Shown here: positions 1 to 10,379 of the stretch, piece by piece
Numbering within the stretch: the first letter of the stretch is position 1
How the letters are laid out: each line of letters begins with the position of its first letter
Origin: Candidatus Aminicenantes bacterium
GTDB taxonomy: Bacteria; Acidobacteriota; Aminicenantia; Aminicenantales; Saccharicenantaceae
DNA length: 64,000 nt
Assembly (NCBI GenBank): GCA_963807525.1
Contig: CAWECI010000021.1
Span: 112,913-176,912 of the forward strand
Reading direction: 5' to 3'
Translations under genes and position numbers: made by a program
Notes under the pieces: model-generated
What the model saw: the letters and a program-made list of their open reading frames with translations, nothing else
The model's database searches: none
What the model was told of the DNA's origin: nothing

Positions 1-333
1 TCGGCCGAGCTCACGGCGGTCCAAGGCGCCTTTGTCCTCCTGCTCGGGCTGACCTCGCTGGTCCTTCCCGCGGCCGGCCGCCAATCCGTGATCATGGCCA
101 TCCTGGCGGGCTTCGGACTGCTGGGGGGCTATCTCTTCGTCTCGGCCAATCGCGAGATCGTGCCGCGGACCGACCATCCCGGTCTCGGCTATGGCATCGA
201 TCTCCTGGCCTCGTTCGCGGGCGTCATTCTGGCCTCCTGCCTGATCATTCCCCTATTCGGCATCCCGGCCCTCATAGTCCGCCTCGTCATCCTCAACGCC
301 CTGGCCTTCGTCTACCTCGTCGTCTCGCGTTAG
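1..333 (+). CDS. integral membrane protein, C-terminal fragment (5' end outside window)
   Basis: Frame 1 is open from the window edge to TAG at 331-333. Translation is strongly hydrophobic (AILAGFGLLGGYLFV, LLASFAGVILASCLIIPLFGIPALIV). No family recognised. Confidence 0.45.
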   Translation, partial: SAELTAVQGAFVLLLGLTSLVLPAAGRQSVIMAILAGFGLLGGYLFVSANREIVPRTDHPGLGYGIDLLASFAGVILASCLIIPLFGIPALIVRLVILNALAFVYLVVSR

Positions 334-371
334 AGGAAGCCGCAACCCTTCGGGCCCAGACGAGATTGTAA

Positions 372-377
372 TATAAT
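372..377 (+). promoter_or_regulatory. candidate -10 box (TATAAT) for the TonB-family gene
   Basis: Exact TATAAT lies 24 nt upstream of the TTG start at 401. AGGAA at 386-390 is a possible SD. Confidence 0.35.
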
Positions 378-400
378 AAGCGTTTAGGAAATCCCGACCC

Positions 401-1354
401 TTGTTTGAAGATTCGATCGCCCGACCTCAGACCGGAAAGCCGTCCGGCCGCGACAGGGCTATCGGCCTGTCCGTGACACTGGCGTTCCATGCGGTCCTGC
501 TGCTGGCGATCATCTTCGGGCGTTTCACCGTCAAGATCCTTCCGTTCGCCAAAGAAGAGGTCCGGGAAGTCTTGATCGTCCCGCCGCTCAAGGTGGCCAT
601 CCCCAAGATCGTCGGGGGCCGCGGCCTGGCCGAAGTGCCCGGAGAAGGTCAGGCCGCATCCGGACCGGGTCCTGCCCAACCTGCGGCCAAGCCTGCGCCA
701 GCCCGCCGCGAGCCCGAAGCGGCGCCCGCCGGCGAACCTCCGGCCGGCGGCGCCGAGGCCGGCCCGCCTGGCGAGGGGGTCAACGTCCCTCCGCCCGGAT
801 CGGGGGCGGCCATCCCTTCCTTGTCCTCAAGGTTCCAGGAATCTCTGAGGATCCACGGCAGATCCGACCTGACCCTGCCCATGGCCCGGCCTGGCACGCC
901 GCCCGGCCCTCCCGGGGTCGGCGCCGGCGCCCCGCTCCCCGATTTCTCGAAATTCAGCCGCGGCGCCTATGCCGGCGGGGTCGGAGGATACGGGCGCGGT
1001 CCCGGACGCAGCGGCGGCGGAGGGACTGGAGCGCCGCAACGGGTCGGGATGTCCATTCCGTTGAAAGGATACGATCTCCTGCCCTGGGCCACCATGGTCA
1101 TCGACCGGCTCCAGATCAACTGGACGCTGCCGGCCGTGCCGGAGGTGCCAAGGGCCGCCCGGATCAGCATGATCGTGGTCATTAAAAAAACCGGCGAGCT
1201 CGATTCGATTGAGATCATCGAGGGCACCAGCCTCGAGCCGCTCGACCGGGCCGCCTTGGAGGCCCTCCGGACCTCGCTGCCCTTCCCCGCTCTCCCCGCT
1301 GATTTTCCTGGCGACCTTCTCGAGATCAACTTCGAGTTCGTCTACAATGACTAA
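401..1354 (+). CDS. TonB family energy transducer
   Basis: N-terminal membrane anchor (LSVTLAFHAVLLLAIIFG), long Pro/Ala/Gly-rich spacer, and a C-terminal TonB-C-like domain (IVVIKKTGELDSIEIIEGTSLEPLDRAALEALR). TTG start. Confidence 0.8.
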   Translation: MFEDSIARPQTGKPSGRDRAIGLSVTLAFHAVLLLAIIFGRFTVKILPFAKEEVREVLIVPPLKVAIPKIVGGRGLAEVPGEGQAASGPGPAQPAAKPAPARREPEAAPAGEPPAGGAEAGPPGEGVNVPPPGSGAAIPSLSSRFQESLRIHGRSDLTLPMARPGTPPGPPGVGAGAPLPDFSKFSRGAYAGGVGGYGRGPGRSGGGGTGAPQRVGMSIPLKGYDLLPWATMVIDRLQINWTLPAVPEVPRAARISMIVVIKKTGELDSIEIIEGTSLEPLDRAALEALRTSLPFPALPADFPGDLLEINFEFVYND

Positions 1355-2435
1355 ACGGTTGGCGGCAGGTCTCTTCATGGCCCTGGTGGTCAGCCCGGTC
1401 CTGCGAGCCGACTGGAAGACCGAGCTCAACGCCCATCTCGGCCGGAACCCCGATTATCCGGCGGCCTGGAATTTCCTGACGGCTGAGATCCCGAGGCTCC
1501 AAGGCGACGACAAGCAGGCGGCGGCCTTCATCCTGCCGTTCCTGGCGGCCAGGCTCGAGGACAAGACCGCCGAACGGGACCTGGTAGCGGACTACTTCGA
1601 GACCTATCTCGATAACTATCCCGACTTCGGTTTCCTCGAGGACTATGCGGTGCGGGGCCTCCTCAACGTCTGGGCCGGCTGGGAACGCGCGTATCCTCTC
1701 CTCCACGACCTCAGCCTCCTGTCCTATTCGCGGACGCCGCCGACCGGGCTGCCCGCCTCGGTCGATATCGGGCTGGAGCTCCTGAACGACGCGTTCTACC
1801 GGGTTTCCCTTGGCCCTTATGTCCTCGAGGGCGGCTTCTGGCCCAAGGGCTTCCATATCCTGACCATCCCTCTTTCGGGCCTCTTCAACCGGTCGGACGT
1901 CTACGAGTTCACCGTGGACCTCAAGGCCGGCGACCTCATCGTCCGCAAGCCGGTCCGCCTTCAGGTCGACATCGCCGACATCGCCACTCCGGGACCGGCC
2001 CCGCGGGATATGTTCGCGCCCCGCCCCTCGACGGCCCCGGCCCGTCCGATCGAGGAAGGCGAGATCTCGCTCTATATCGACGGCAAGCTCGTTCTCAAGA
2101 GCCGCAAGATCGCGCCCCGGTCCGCCGGATTCACGTTCCCCCTGGGCGGGCCGCTCATGCAGGGCCAGAAACCCTACATGCCCCCGCCGACGAACGACCC
2201 GATGACGATGGGCGGAGTCGATGTCCTCAGCGCCCTGGCCCTGGCCTATAAGGCCTTCAAGGACCTGGTGTCCAAGAAGCCGCCCAAGCCAGTTCCCCCC
2301 TCCTATCAGAAGGTCAGCGTCCTGTCCTTTGCCTATTCCCGGACGACATCGGCCGGACGATCGGTGTCCGCCCGAGCCTCCTTGTCCCTCCCTCCCGCCA
2401 GGGGCTCGATCCTCAAGGATCAAGCCCCGATTTGA
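1347..2435 (+). CDS. hypothetical secreted protein
   Basis: ATG at 1347 overlaps the end of the TonB gene. Signal-like N-terminus MTKRLAAGLFMALVVSPVLRA. Codon usage is coherent. The 1209 start in the ORF track is an upstream extension. No family recognised. Confidence 0.55.
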   Translation: MTKRLAAGLFMALVVSPVLRADWKTELNAHLGRNPDYPAAWNFLTAEIPRLQGDDKQAAAFILPFLAARLEDKTAERDLVADYFETYLDNYPDFGFLEDYAVRGLLNVWAGWERAYPLLHDLSLLSYSRTPPTGLPASVDIGLELLNDAFYRVSLGPYVLEGGFWPKGFHILTIPLSGLFNRSDVYEFTVDLKAGDLIVRKPVRLQVDIADIATPGPAPRDMFAPRPSTAPARPIEEGEISLYIDGKLVLKSRKIAPRSAGFTFPLGGPLMQGQKPYMPPPTNDPMTMGGVDVLSALALAYKAFKDLVSKKPPKPVPPSYQKVSVLSFAYSRTTSAGRSVSARASLSLPPARGSILKDQAPI

Positions 2436-2539
2436 CTTCGGAACCCGGCCTCTGTTATATCTTCGGGCAGGTGGGGGCTGTCGCCGGACGCCCTCCAGCC
2501 CCGGGCCGCGGACCCGGCCCATGACAACGGAGGACCGAG

Positions 2540-2974
2540 ATGGGTGATAAAGATGTCGAAAGGCGCCTCTGCCAGCGGTTCACCATCCCCGGAGCGACCA
2601 TCTCCTACAGGAAGGAAGGGCTCTTCGCCTCCAAGAAACGGACCGAAGAGGAGTTCTGTCCGATCCTGGATCTCAGCCGGGGCGGGGTCCGCTTTCTGAC
2701 CCAGAAACCCCTCAAGTTCAAGTCCCGGATCTCCCTTCAACTGTCCGTCCCCGGCGAGCGCGGCCCCCTCGATCTCAAGGGACGCGTGCGCTGGTCCACC
2801 TTCAACGCCGGGAAGAGCTACAAGTATCAGGCCGGCGTCCAATTCAACGCTTACGGCCTCGAACGGAGCCAGAACGGGCCCCAGGCCTTGACCAGGATCG
2901 TCGCCCTCGAATCGAGGTTCCTGGATCCCGGCAGTCCGGTGGGACCGACCGAAGGCGGCGGCCCCGCGGCCTGA
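2540..2974 (+). CDS. PilZ domain protein (c-di-GMP binding type)
   Basis: RRLCQR (RRxxxR) and DLSRGG (DxSxxG) motifs. GGAGG SD lies 6 nt upstream of the ATG. Confidence 0.75.
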   Translation: MGDKDVERRLCQRFTIPGATISYRKEGLFASKKRTEEEFCPILDLSRGGVRFLTQKPLKFKSRISLQLSVPGERGPLDLKGRVRWSTFNAGKSYKYQAGVQFNAYGLERSQNGPQALTRIVALESRFLDPGSPVGPTEGGGPAA

Positions 2975-2982
2975 TCAGGGGC

Positions 2983-5076
2983 CTAGCGCGCCCCCTTGGG
3001 CTTGGCCGGCTTCTCCCCCTCGACCACGATCTGCGAATAGTCCGCGATGCCGAGGAGCATCTTGGCGATGGACTGCAGCAGCCCCAGCCGGTTCTGGCGG
3101 GTCCTCTTGTCTTCGGCCATGACCAGGACCTTGTCGAAGAACGTGTTCAGCTCCGGCTGCAGCTTGAAGATGATCCCCTGGGCCCGGGCGAAATCGCCCC
3201 GGGCGATCATCGGTTGGGCGTTGCTGCCGATGATCGAAAGGCTCGAATAGAGCTCCCGCTCCTCTTTTTCGACGAACAGGTCGGGATTGATCTTGGCCGG
3301 CGGCAGACCCTTGAGGATATTGTGGATCCGCTTGGCCATGAGGATGAACGGTTCGAACTGCGGGCTCGACTTGAGGGCATCCAGGGCCTCGACCCGGGCC
3401 TGAACGTCGACGATCTGGTCGACCCCGGGGCCGAGCGCGGCGCCGACGAGATCGTAGCGGCAGCCCTTCTTCTCCAGGATGAAGCGCAGCCGGCCGGCGA
3501 AGAATTCGAGGCACGCGGACTTGACCTCGGCCCGCTCCAGGGTCAGCCGGTCGCCGTAGATGGCCAGGATCCGGTCGAGCAGGAGGGGGAACGAGAACCG
3601 GAGCTTGCGGTCGAGCGCGACCTTGCAGACGCCGTGAGCGTTACGGCGCAGGCCGAACGGGTCGCTCGAGCCCGTCACCTGGAGGCCGACCCCGATCGCG
3701 CCGACGATCGAATCCATCTTGTCGGCGATCGAAAGGATCGCTCCGGCCGTGGTCGACGGGGAAGCGTCTTCGAGGCCGACCGGCTGATAGTGCTCGTAGA
3801 TCGCCAGGTGGATATCTTCCGGCAGCCCTTCCTCCCGGGCGTAGAGCCCGCCCATCCGGCCTTGAAGGCCCGAAAATTCCTTGACCATCTCGGTCAGGAG
3901 GTCGGCCTTGCAGAGCGCCGCGGCTTCGACCGCCGCTTCCTTGACGTCGGCCGCCCCGAGCTTTTCGGAGAGGTAGGCCACGATCTTTTTCAGCCGCTGG
4001 GTCTTGTCGTCGTAGGTGCCGAGCTTCTCCTGGAAGAGGACGTTCTTCAGGCCGGCGGCCCGGTCCCGCAGCGGGAGCTTGCGGTCCTGGTCCCAGAAGA
4101 ACCTGGCGTCCTCGAGGCGGGCCCGGAGGACGCGCTCGTTGCCGCGGCGGATGAGCCCTTTGGCATCGCCGGGGGTGTCGGCCACGCCCAGGAAATACGG
4201 CAGCTGCTGGCTGTCGCGGACGACCGAAAAGAGGTGCTGGCCCTCGCGCATGGCCGTGGCCAGGACCTCGATCGGCAGTCTGAGGTAGGTTTCGGGGAAG
4301 GACCCCAGGATGACCAGCGGATATTCGACGCTCAGCGTCAGATTGTCGAGGAGCTCCGGGTCCGGATAGGCCTTGGCCTTGAGCGGCTCCAGGGCGGCCT
4401 CCATCTGGCCCGCGATGATCGCCTTGCGCTCGGCCGGATCGACGACGACGAAGCTCGTCCTGAGGGCCTCGCGGTAGGAGGCCAGGTTGGCGGCCTTGAT
4501 CGGCCCGGGCGCCGCGATCCGATGGCCGACGGTTTCGTCCGAGGCCGTCAGGCCCTCGAACGACGTCGGCACGACGGCCCCGCCAAAGACGCAGAGCAGG
4601 CCGTGGATGGGGCGGGAGAAGCGAAAGGGGCTGGAGGCCCAGCGCATCATCTTCGGGAAAGAGAGGGCGCCGAGGACCCGGGGCACGGCGGCGGCCAGGA
4701 TCTCTGCGGTCGGGGTGCCCTTGGCCAGGCGCTTGAAGCCGAGGTATTCCCCCTTGGGCGTGCGGACGACTTCGAGCCGGCTTTCGTCGACGCCTTGAGA
4801 GCGGGCGAATCCCTTGCCCGCGGCCGTCAGGGCCCCGTCCGGTCCTTTGGCGATCGCGAGCGGCGGCCCGGCGACCACCTCCTCGCGGTCCTCCTGGCCC
4901 TCGGCGAAGTCGCCGGCCACGACGAGGCGGCGCGGCGTGGCCAGGGTCGTGAGCGACCGGACCTCGATCCGGGCCTCGAGGAGCTCCTTGCGGAGCCCGG
5001 CCTCGAGCTGGTCGCGGCCCGAGCGGATATGGGATGCCGGAAGCTCCTCGGTCAGCAGCTCGAGCAGGAATTCCAT
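2983..5076 (-). CDS. glyS: glycine--tRNA ligase beta subunit
   Basis: Uninterrupted 697-codon frame starting MEFLLELLTEELPASHIRSG, typical of GlyS. The start overlaps the glyQ stop (TGATG). The ORF-track extension to 5220 is spurious. Confidence 0.93.
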   Translation of the reverse strand: MEFLLELLTEELPASHIRSGRDQLEAGLRKELLEARIEVRSLTTLATPRRLVVAGDFAEGQEDREEVVAGPPLAIAKGPDGALTAAGKGFARSQGVDESRLEVVRTPKGEYLGFKRLAKGTPTAEILAAAVPRVLGALSFPKMMRWASSPFRFSRPIHGLLCVFGGAVVPTSFEGLTASDETVGHRIAAPGPIKAANLASYREALRTSFVVVDPAERKAIIAGQMEAALEPLKAKAYPDPELLDNLTLSVEYPLVILGSFPETYLRLPIEVLATAMREGQHLFSVVRDSQQLPYFLGVADTPGDAKGLIRRGNERVLRARLEDARFFWDQDRKLPLRDRAAGLKNVLFQEKLGTYDDKTQRLKKIVAYLSEKLGAADVKEAAVEAAALCKADLLTEMVKEFSGLQGRMGGLYAREEGLPEDIHLAIYEHYQPVGLEDASPSTTAGAILSIADKMDSIVGAIGVGLQVTGSSDPFGLRRNAHGVCKVALDRKLRFSFPLLLDRILAIYGDRLTLERAEVKSACLEFFAGRLRFILEKKGCRYDLVGAALGPGVDQIVDVQARVEALDALKSSPQFEPFILMAKRIHNILKGLPPAKINPDLFVEKEERELYSSLSIIGSNAQPMIARGDFARAQGIIFKLQPELNTFFDKVLVMAEDKRTRQNRLGLLQSIAKMLLGIADYSQIVVEGEKPAKPKGAR

Positions 5077-5925
5077 CAGGCCCCGTCCTTCCCGCCGGTG
5101 TAACGCCGGGCGATGTCGTTGACCAGGGAGCGGATCTGGGAGATCATCTTGACCCGCTCGGTGACGCTGATGGCGCCGCGGGAATCGAGCAGGTTGAAAT
5201 TGTGGGAGCACTTCAGGCACATGTCATAAGCCGGCAGAAGCAGGTCCTTGGCGGCCAACCGCCCGGCTTCCTTCTGGCAGGCGTTGAAGGCCTGGCGGAG
5301 CATGGCCACCGAGGCGGCGTTGAAGTTGTATTCGGAAAACTCTTTCTCCTCGCGGAGGCGGAGGTCCCGATAGCTGACGTCGGCCGACCAGTCCAGGTCA
5401 TAGATGTCGTCCTTCTGCTCCAGGAACATCTCCAGCCGCTCCAGTCCGTAGGTGATCTCGACCGGGACCGGCATGAGATCGATGCCGCCGCACTGCTGGA
5501 AGTAGGTGAACTGGGTGATCTCGAGGCCGTCGAGCAGGACCTGCCAGCCGACGCCCCAGGCGCCGATCGTCGGCGATTCCCAGTTGTCCTCGTCGAAGCG
5601 CAGATCGTGGTCCTCGAGTACGATGCCGAGCGAGCGCAGGCTCTGGACGTAGACGTCCTGGATCCCGGCCGGCGAGGGCTTCATGATGACCTGATACTGG
5701 AAATGCTTCTGGACCCGGTTGGGGTTCTCGCCGAAGCGGCCGTCATCGGGCCGCCGCGACGGCTGGACATAGCCGACCCGCCAATCGCGCCTGTCGAGCA
5801 CGCGGAAGAACGTGTCCGGGGTCATCGTCCCGGCGCCGACCTCGAGGTCGTAGGTTTGGGCCAGATAGCAGCCCTGGCCGGCCCAGAACCGGTGCAGGCC
5901 CGAGGATCAGGTCTTGGACGGACAT
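5076..5925 (-). pseudogene. glyQ: glycine--tRNA ligase alpha subunit, frame broken by one extra base near 5899-5901
   Basis: GlyQ core is present ([39 protein letters not shown]). The first 8 codons, MSVQDLIL, at 5925 are in another frame. CTCGGGCCTG reads through if one G is removed. Probably a sequence artefact. Confidence 0.9.
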
Positions 5926-7388
5926 CTAGGCTTTCTTCTCCCAGCGCAGCACAGGGAACTTGGCCGCGGCCACTTCGTCGAGCCGGCTGACGTAGGTGAC
6001 GTGAGGCGCCGCGTGGAGCACCTCGGGGTCCTCTTTGGCCTCCTTGGCGATGGCTTTCATGGCCTCGATGAAGTGATCGAGGTCGCGCCGGCTCTCGGTC
6101 TCGGTGGGCTCGATCATCAGGGCGCCGTGGACGATGAGCGGGAAGGACATCGTCGGCGGATGGACCCCGTAATCGATCAGCCGCTTGGCGATGTCGAGGT
6201 TCGTGACGCCGAACTCCTTCTGGAACTTGTCGGAGAACACGCACTCGTGCAGGGACGCCGTGGCGTACTTGAGGTGGTACTCCCCTTCCAAGCTCTTGCG
6301 GATGTAGTTGGCGTTCAGCACGGCGAACTCGGCGATCTCCCGCACGCCCTTCGGCCCCAGGGTCAGGATGTAGCACAGGGCCCGGACGATGACGGAGAAA
6401 TTGCCGAAATAGGCCCGGACGCGGCCGATCGAGCGGGGGCGGTCGAAGTCGAGGACGTAGCGCCCGCCCTTCTCGGCGATGACCGGCACGGGCAGGAAAG
6501 GCATCGAGTTCCTTCTTGACGCCGACGGGACCGGAGCCCGGTCCGCCGCCGCCGTGCGGGGTCGAGAACGTCTTGTGGAGGTTGATGTGCAGGACGTCGA
6601 TCGCCCATGTCGCCCGGGCGGACGATCGCCGGTCAGGGCGTTCATGTTGGCCCCGTCCATGTAAACGAGGCCGCCCTTGGCGTGGACGATCTCGGCGATC
6701 CGGCAGATGTCGGATTCGAAGACTCCCAGGGTGTTGGGATTGGTGACCATCAGGGCGGCCACCTCGTCGGTCATCTCCTGGGCCAGCGAGGCCAGATCGA
6801 TCGTCCCGTTCTCGTTGGACTTGATCTCCTTGACCGTGTAGCCGCAGATGTGGGCGCGACGACGGGTTGGTGCCGTGGGCCGAGTCCGGGATGAGGACAT
6901 ATTTCCGGGCGTTGCCCCGGGCTTCGAGGGCGGCCCGGATGAGCATCATCCCGGTCAGCTCGCCGTGGGCCCCGGCCGCGGGCTGGAGGGTGAAGGCGTC
7001 CATGCCCGCGATCTCGCAGAGGAAGTCTTCGAGCTTCTTCAGGACCTCGAGGTTGCCCTGGACGAGGTCGGCGGAGGCCAGGGGATGCGAAGCGGCGAAC
7101 GCCGGGAGGGCCGGCGAGGCGCTCGTTGATCTTGGGGTTGTATTTCATCGTGCAGGAGCCGAGCGGATAGAGACCCAGGTCGACGCAGTAGTTCTTCTGG
7201 GACAGGCGGGTGAAGTGGCGGGTGATCTCGGTCTCGGAAACCTCGGGGAAGCCTTCGAGCTCCCGGCGCAGCGGCGCGCCGGCTAGCAGGTCCTCGGTCT
7301 CGGGGACGTCGAGGGCAGGCAGCTCGGCGGCCCGCTTGCCGGCCTCGCTGATCTCGAAAATGAGGGGTTCGCGGATCTCTTTGATCAT
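5926..7388 (-). pseudogene. gcvPB: glycine dehydrogenase (decarboxylating) subunit 2, about 4 frameshifts
   Basis: Segments lie in three frames: [14 protein letters not shown]...[25 protein letters not shown]...[21 protein letters not shown]...ALTG, IDVLHINLHKTFSTPHGGGGPGSGP, and FLPVPVIAEKGG...RWEKKA. The stop abuts the glyQ ATG (TAGATG). Confidence 0.9.
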
Positions 7389-8733
7389 CGGAGCACCTCC
7401 TCGAGCGTCCGGACCAGGTGATCGATCTCCTCCCGGGTCTTGAGCTCGGTGACGCAGACGAGGGCCGCGTTGTCGAGACCGCGATAGTCGGTCCCCAGGC
7501 CGTGGCCGCCGACGAGGCCTTGAGCCTTGAGCCCGGCATCGACCTTGGCCCAGGGCTTGGGGAGCTCGATGACGAATTCGTTGAAGAACGGTCCGGTGAA
7601 CTTCTTCTTGACCCCCCTGATCGCGGCCAGCCGATCCGCCGCGTAGGCCGCCTTCTGGGCGTTCTGCCAGGCCAGCTCGCGCAGACCCTGCTTGCCCAGG
7701 GTCTCCATGAAGATCGTGGCCCGCAGGGCGCAAAGGGCCTGGTTGGTGCAGATGTTCGAGGTGGCCTTCTCGCGGCGGATGTGCTGTTCCCGCGTGGCCA
7801 GGGTCAGGACAAAGCCCCGCCGGCCCTCGGTGTCCTTGGTCTCCCCGGCGATCCGGCCGGGCATCTGGCGGAGATAGTCCTTCTTGCAGGCCATGAACCC
7901 GAGATAGGGCCCGCCGAAGCTCAGCGGGAGGCCGAGCGACTGGGCCTCGCCGGTGACGATGTCCGCGCCGAGGCGGCCCGGGGCTTCGAGCAGGCCGAGA
8001 GACAGGGCCTCGGCCACGACCGCGACCGACAAGGCCTTGACGCCGTGCGCGGCGTCGGACAGCGCCTTGACATCTTCGACGACGCCGAAGAAGTTGGGCG
8101 ACTGATAAACGACGGCCGCGGTCTTGTCATCGAGGGCCTTGGCGAGGGCGGCCGCATCGATCCGGCCCTCGGGCCCGAAACCGACCTCGACGGCCGTGAC
8201 GCCCGAGGTTCTTGATGTAGGTCCGGACGACCTCCCGGTACTGCGGATGGAGGGAGGCGGCCAGGACGACCTTGTCCCGGCTCGTGACCCGGTGGGCCAT
8301 CAGGACGGCCTCGGCGGCGCCGGTCGAACCGTCATAGAGGGACGCGTTGGCGATGTCGAGTCCCGGTGAGCTGGCAGACGAGCGTCTGGAACTCGAAGAT
8401 GATCTGGAGCGTCCCTTGACTGACCTCGGGCTGATAGGGCGTGTACGGGCTGACGAATTCGCCCCGCGAGCTCAGGTAGTCGACGACCGTGGGGATGAAA
8501 TGATCGTAGGCCCCGCCGCCGAGGAACGAAAGATGGCCGACATACGAATTCTTCCGGCCGACCGCGTCGATCGTCCGGACGAGCTCGAGCTCCGATTGGG
8601 CCGGCGGCAGATCGAGCGGCCTCTTGAGCTGGATCGCCTCGGGGATACAGCAGAAGAGGTCGTCGATCTTGGCCGCTCCGGTCCGGGCCAGCATCTCGGC
8701 CTTGTCCTTGTCGCTGAGAGAGAGATAGCTCAT
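7385..8733 (-). pseudogene. gcvPA: glycine dehydrogenase (decarboxylating) subunit 1, about 2 frameshifts
   Basis: The N-terminus MSYLSLSDKDKAEMLARTG...[10 protein letters not shown] and the C-terminus ...[38 protein letters not shown]...LEEVLR are in different frames. The length is 2 mod 3. ATGA overlap with gcvPB. Confidence 0.9.
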
Positions 8734-8764
8734 GGAAAAACCCCTTGTCCGGCCGGCCGCGGCC

Positions 8765-9151
8765 TCAGTGTTCGAGCCCCTCCAGGAATTTCTCGTAATC
8801 GCCGGCCGTGAACAGGCTGTCGAGGGGCTTCTTGTCCTTGACCTTGATGCGGATGATCCAGCCCTGGCCGTGGGGATCCTTGTTCAGCAGATCGGCCGCC
8901 GTGGCCAGGGCTTCGTTGACCTTGGTGACGACGCCGGCGACCGGGGCGTAGACATCGGAGACCGACTTGACCGATTCGACGGCCCCGATGGCCTGATGGG
9001 CGGCGAGCTCCTTGCCGACGGCGGGGAGCTCGACATAGATGATGTCGCCGAGCTGGTTCTGAGCGAAATCGGTGATGCCGACGACGGCCTCGTCGCCTTC
9101 GAGCTTGATCCACTCGTGGTCCTTGGTGTAGCGGAATTCGTTCGGATACAT
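8765..9151 (-). CDS. gcvH: glycine cleavage system H protein
   Basis: Intact 128 aa with the lipoyl-lysine motif region AIGAVESVKSVSDVYAPV. Confidence 0.95.
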   Translation of the reverse strand: MYPNEFRYTKDHEWIKLEGDEAVVGITDFAQNQLGDIIYVELPAVGKELAAHQAIGAVESVKSVSDVYAPVAGVVTKVNEALATAADLLNKDPHGQGWIIRIKVKDKKPLDSLFTAGDYEKFLEGLEH

Positions 9152-9177
9152 GGGTGCCTCCTTGGCGTTGGGACTCG

Positions 9178-10269
9178 CTATTTCTTGGCTCTTTTATAGA
9201 AGGGCGTCGGGATGACGTGGGCCTTGACCCTCTTGCCGCGGATCTCGACCTCGAACTCCGTGCCGACGGCCGTGCCCTCGATCGGCAGATAGACGAGGCC
9301 GATGGACTTTTTCAGCAGCGGCGAGAACGTCCCCGACGCCACGTCGGCCACCTTCTGGCCCTTGTAGTACACCGGATAATGGGGGCGGGCGACGCCCGGC
9401 TCGAGGAGCTCGAATCCGACCAGCTTGCGGGTCAGGCCCTCGGCCAGCTGCTTCTCGATCACCGGCCGGCCCAGAAAATCGCCTTTCTGCAGCTTGACGA
9501 TCCACTTCAGGTCGGCCTCGAGCACCGTCGTCTTATCGGTGATGTCGTTGCCGTAGAGCATGAGCTTCGACTCGAGGCGCAGGGTGTCGCGGGCGCCCAG
9601 GCCGATCGGCAGAAGGCCCTGAGGGCGGCCCGTCTCGATGATCGATGTCCAGATGACCTGCGGCGCGGGGTCGGTCGTATAGATCTCGAAGCCGTCCTCG
9701 CCGGTATAGCCGGTCCGCGAGACCAGGCAGGCCTTGCCGGCGACACGGCCTTTGGCCCAGTGGAAGGACTTCATGGCCGCCAGGTCGATATCGGTGAGCG
9801 GCTGGAGGATGGTCTCCGCCAGCGGGCCTTGAAGGGCCAGCTGCGAATAGATGTCGCTCTGGTGCTCGACCTTGACCGCGAAGCCCGCGGTGTGGGAAGC
9901 GATCCAGGCGAAGTCCTTGTCGTCGTTGGCCGCGTTGACGACGAGGAAGTACTCCTCGGGACCCATGCAGTAGACGAGCATGTCGTCGACGAATGTCGAT
10001 TCGGGGGTCATCAGGGCCGTGTATTGGACCTGGCCGGGAGCGAGCTTCGCGACGTCGTTCGGGGTCAGCCACTGAACGTAAGCGAGGGCCTGCTTGCCGG
10101 TGACCAGGACCTCCCCCATATGACTAACGTCGAAAAGGCCGGCCTTGGTCCGGACGGCCATATGCTCGGGAATGATGCCGGAGTACTCGACCGGCATCTC
10201 CCAGCCGACGAATTCGATCATCTTGCCGCCGAGCTTCTTATGGAGCTCATTGAAGCGCGTCTTCTTCAT
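9178..10269 (-). CDS. gcvT: glycine cleavage system aminomethyltransferase T
   Basis: 363 aa starting MKKTRFNELHKKLGGKMIEFVGWEMPVEY..., with SD AAGGAAAGGA. The remainder of the 1054-aa ORF 9178..12342 is antisense to argS. Confidence 0.95.
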   Translation of the reverse strand: MKKTRFNELHKKLGGKMIEFVGWEMPVEYSGIIPEHMAVRTKAGLFDVSHMGEVLVTGKQALAYVQWLTPNDVAKLAPGQVQYTALMTPESTFVDDMLVYCMGPEEYFLVVNAANDDKDFAWIASHTAGFAVKVEHQSDIYSQLALQGPLAETILQPLTDIDLAAMKSFHWAKGRVAGKACLVSRTGYTGEDGFEIYTTDPAPQVIWTSIIETGRPQGLLPIGLGARDTLRLESKLMLYGNDITDKTTVLEADLKWIVKLQKGDFLGRPVIEKQLAEGLTRKLVGFELLEPGVARPHYPVYYKGQKVADVASGTFSPLLKKSIGLVYLPIEGTAVGTEFEVEIRGKRVKAHVIPTPFYKRAKK

Positions 10270-10305
10270 GGTCCTTTCCTTTCTTGTCCTGGAGCGAAAG
10301 CCAAA

Positions 10306-10311
10306 ATTATC
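10306..10311 (-). promoter_or_regulatory. candidate extended -10 (TGTGATAAT) for the gcv-gly operon
   Basis: The minus strand reads TTGTGATAATTTTGG about 36 nt upstream of the gcvT ATG. Confidence 0.4.
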
Positions 10312-10337
10312 ACAACTCGCGCACCCGTTCAAGGGAC

Positions 10338-10363
10338 GGAAAATGGGGACGCGTCCATTATCC
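10338..10363 (+). repeat. copy A1 of the 25-nt palindromic motif GAAAATGGGGACGC..ATTTTC
   Basis: GGAAAATGGGGACGCGTCCATTATCC. See findings. Confidence 0.7.
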
Positions 10364-10379
10364 TCTCCCAGCGAGCTCA

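Noticed and set aside
649-960. Apparent low-complexity Pro/Ala/Gly-rich repeat
   Set aside because: It is the proline-rich spacer typical of TonB proteins, in frame within the TonB-family CDS.
3214-5103. 629-aa ORF antisense to glyS, with similar long antisense ORFs at 20513..22039, 33115..34518, 39162..40685, 50586..53054, 53216..55090 and 56510..58270
   Set aside because: All lie opposite well-conserved, intact genes and have the low-complexity R/A/G/D/P composition of GC-rich antisense frames. None shows motifs.
10270-10337. Glycine riboswitch upstream of gcvT (GGGAGAGG and CTCCAGGACAAGAAAGGA superficially resemble aptamer segments)
   Set aside because: The core ACCGAAGGGGCAA-type segment is absent, there is no tandem aptamer, and the likely TGTGATAAT promoter leaves only a ~30-nt leader.
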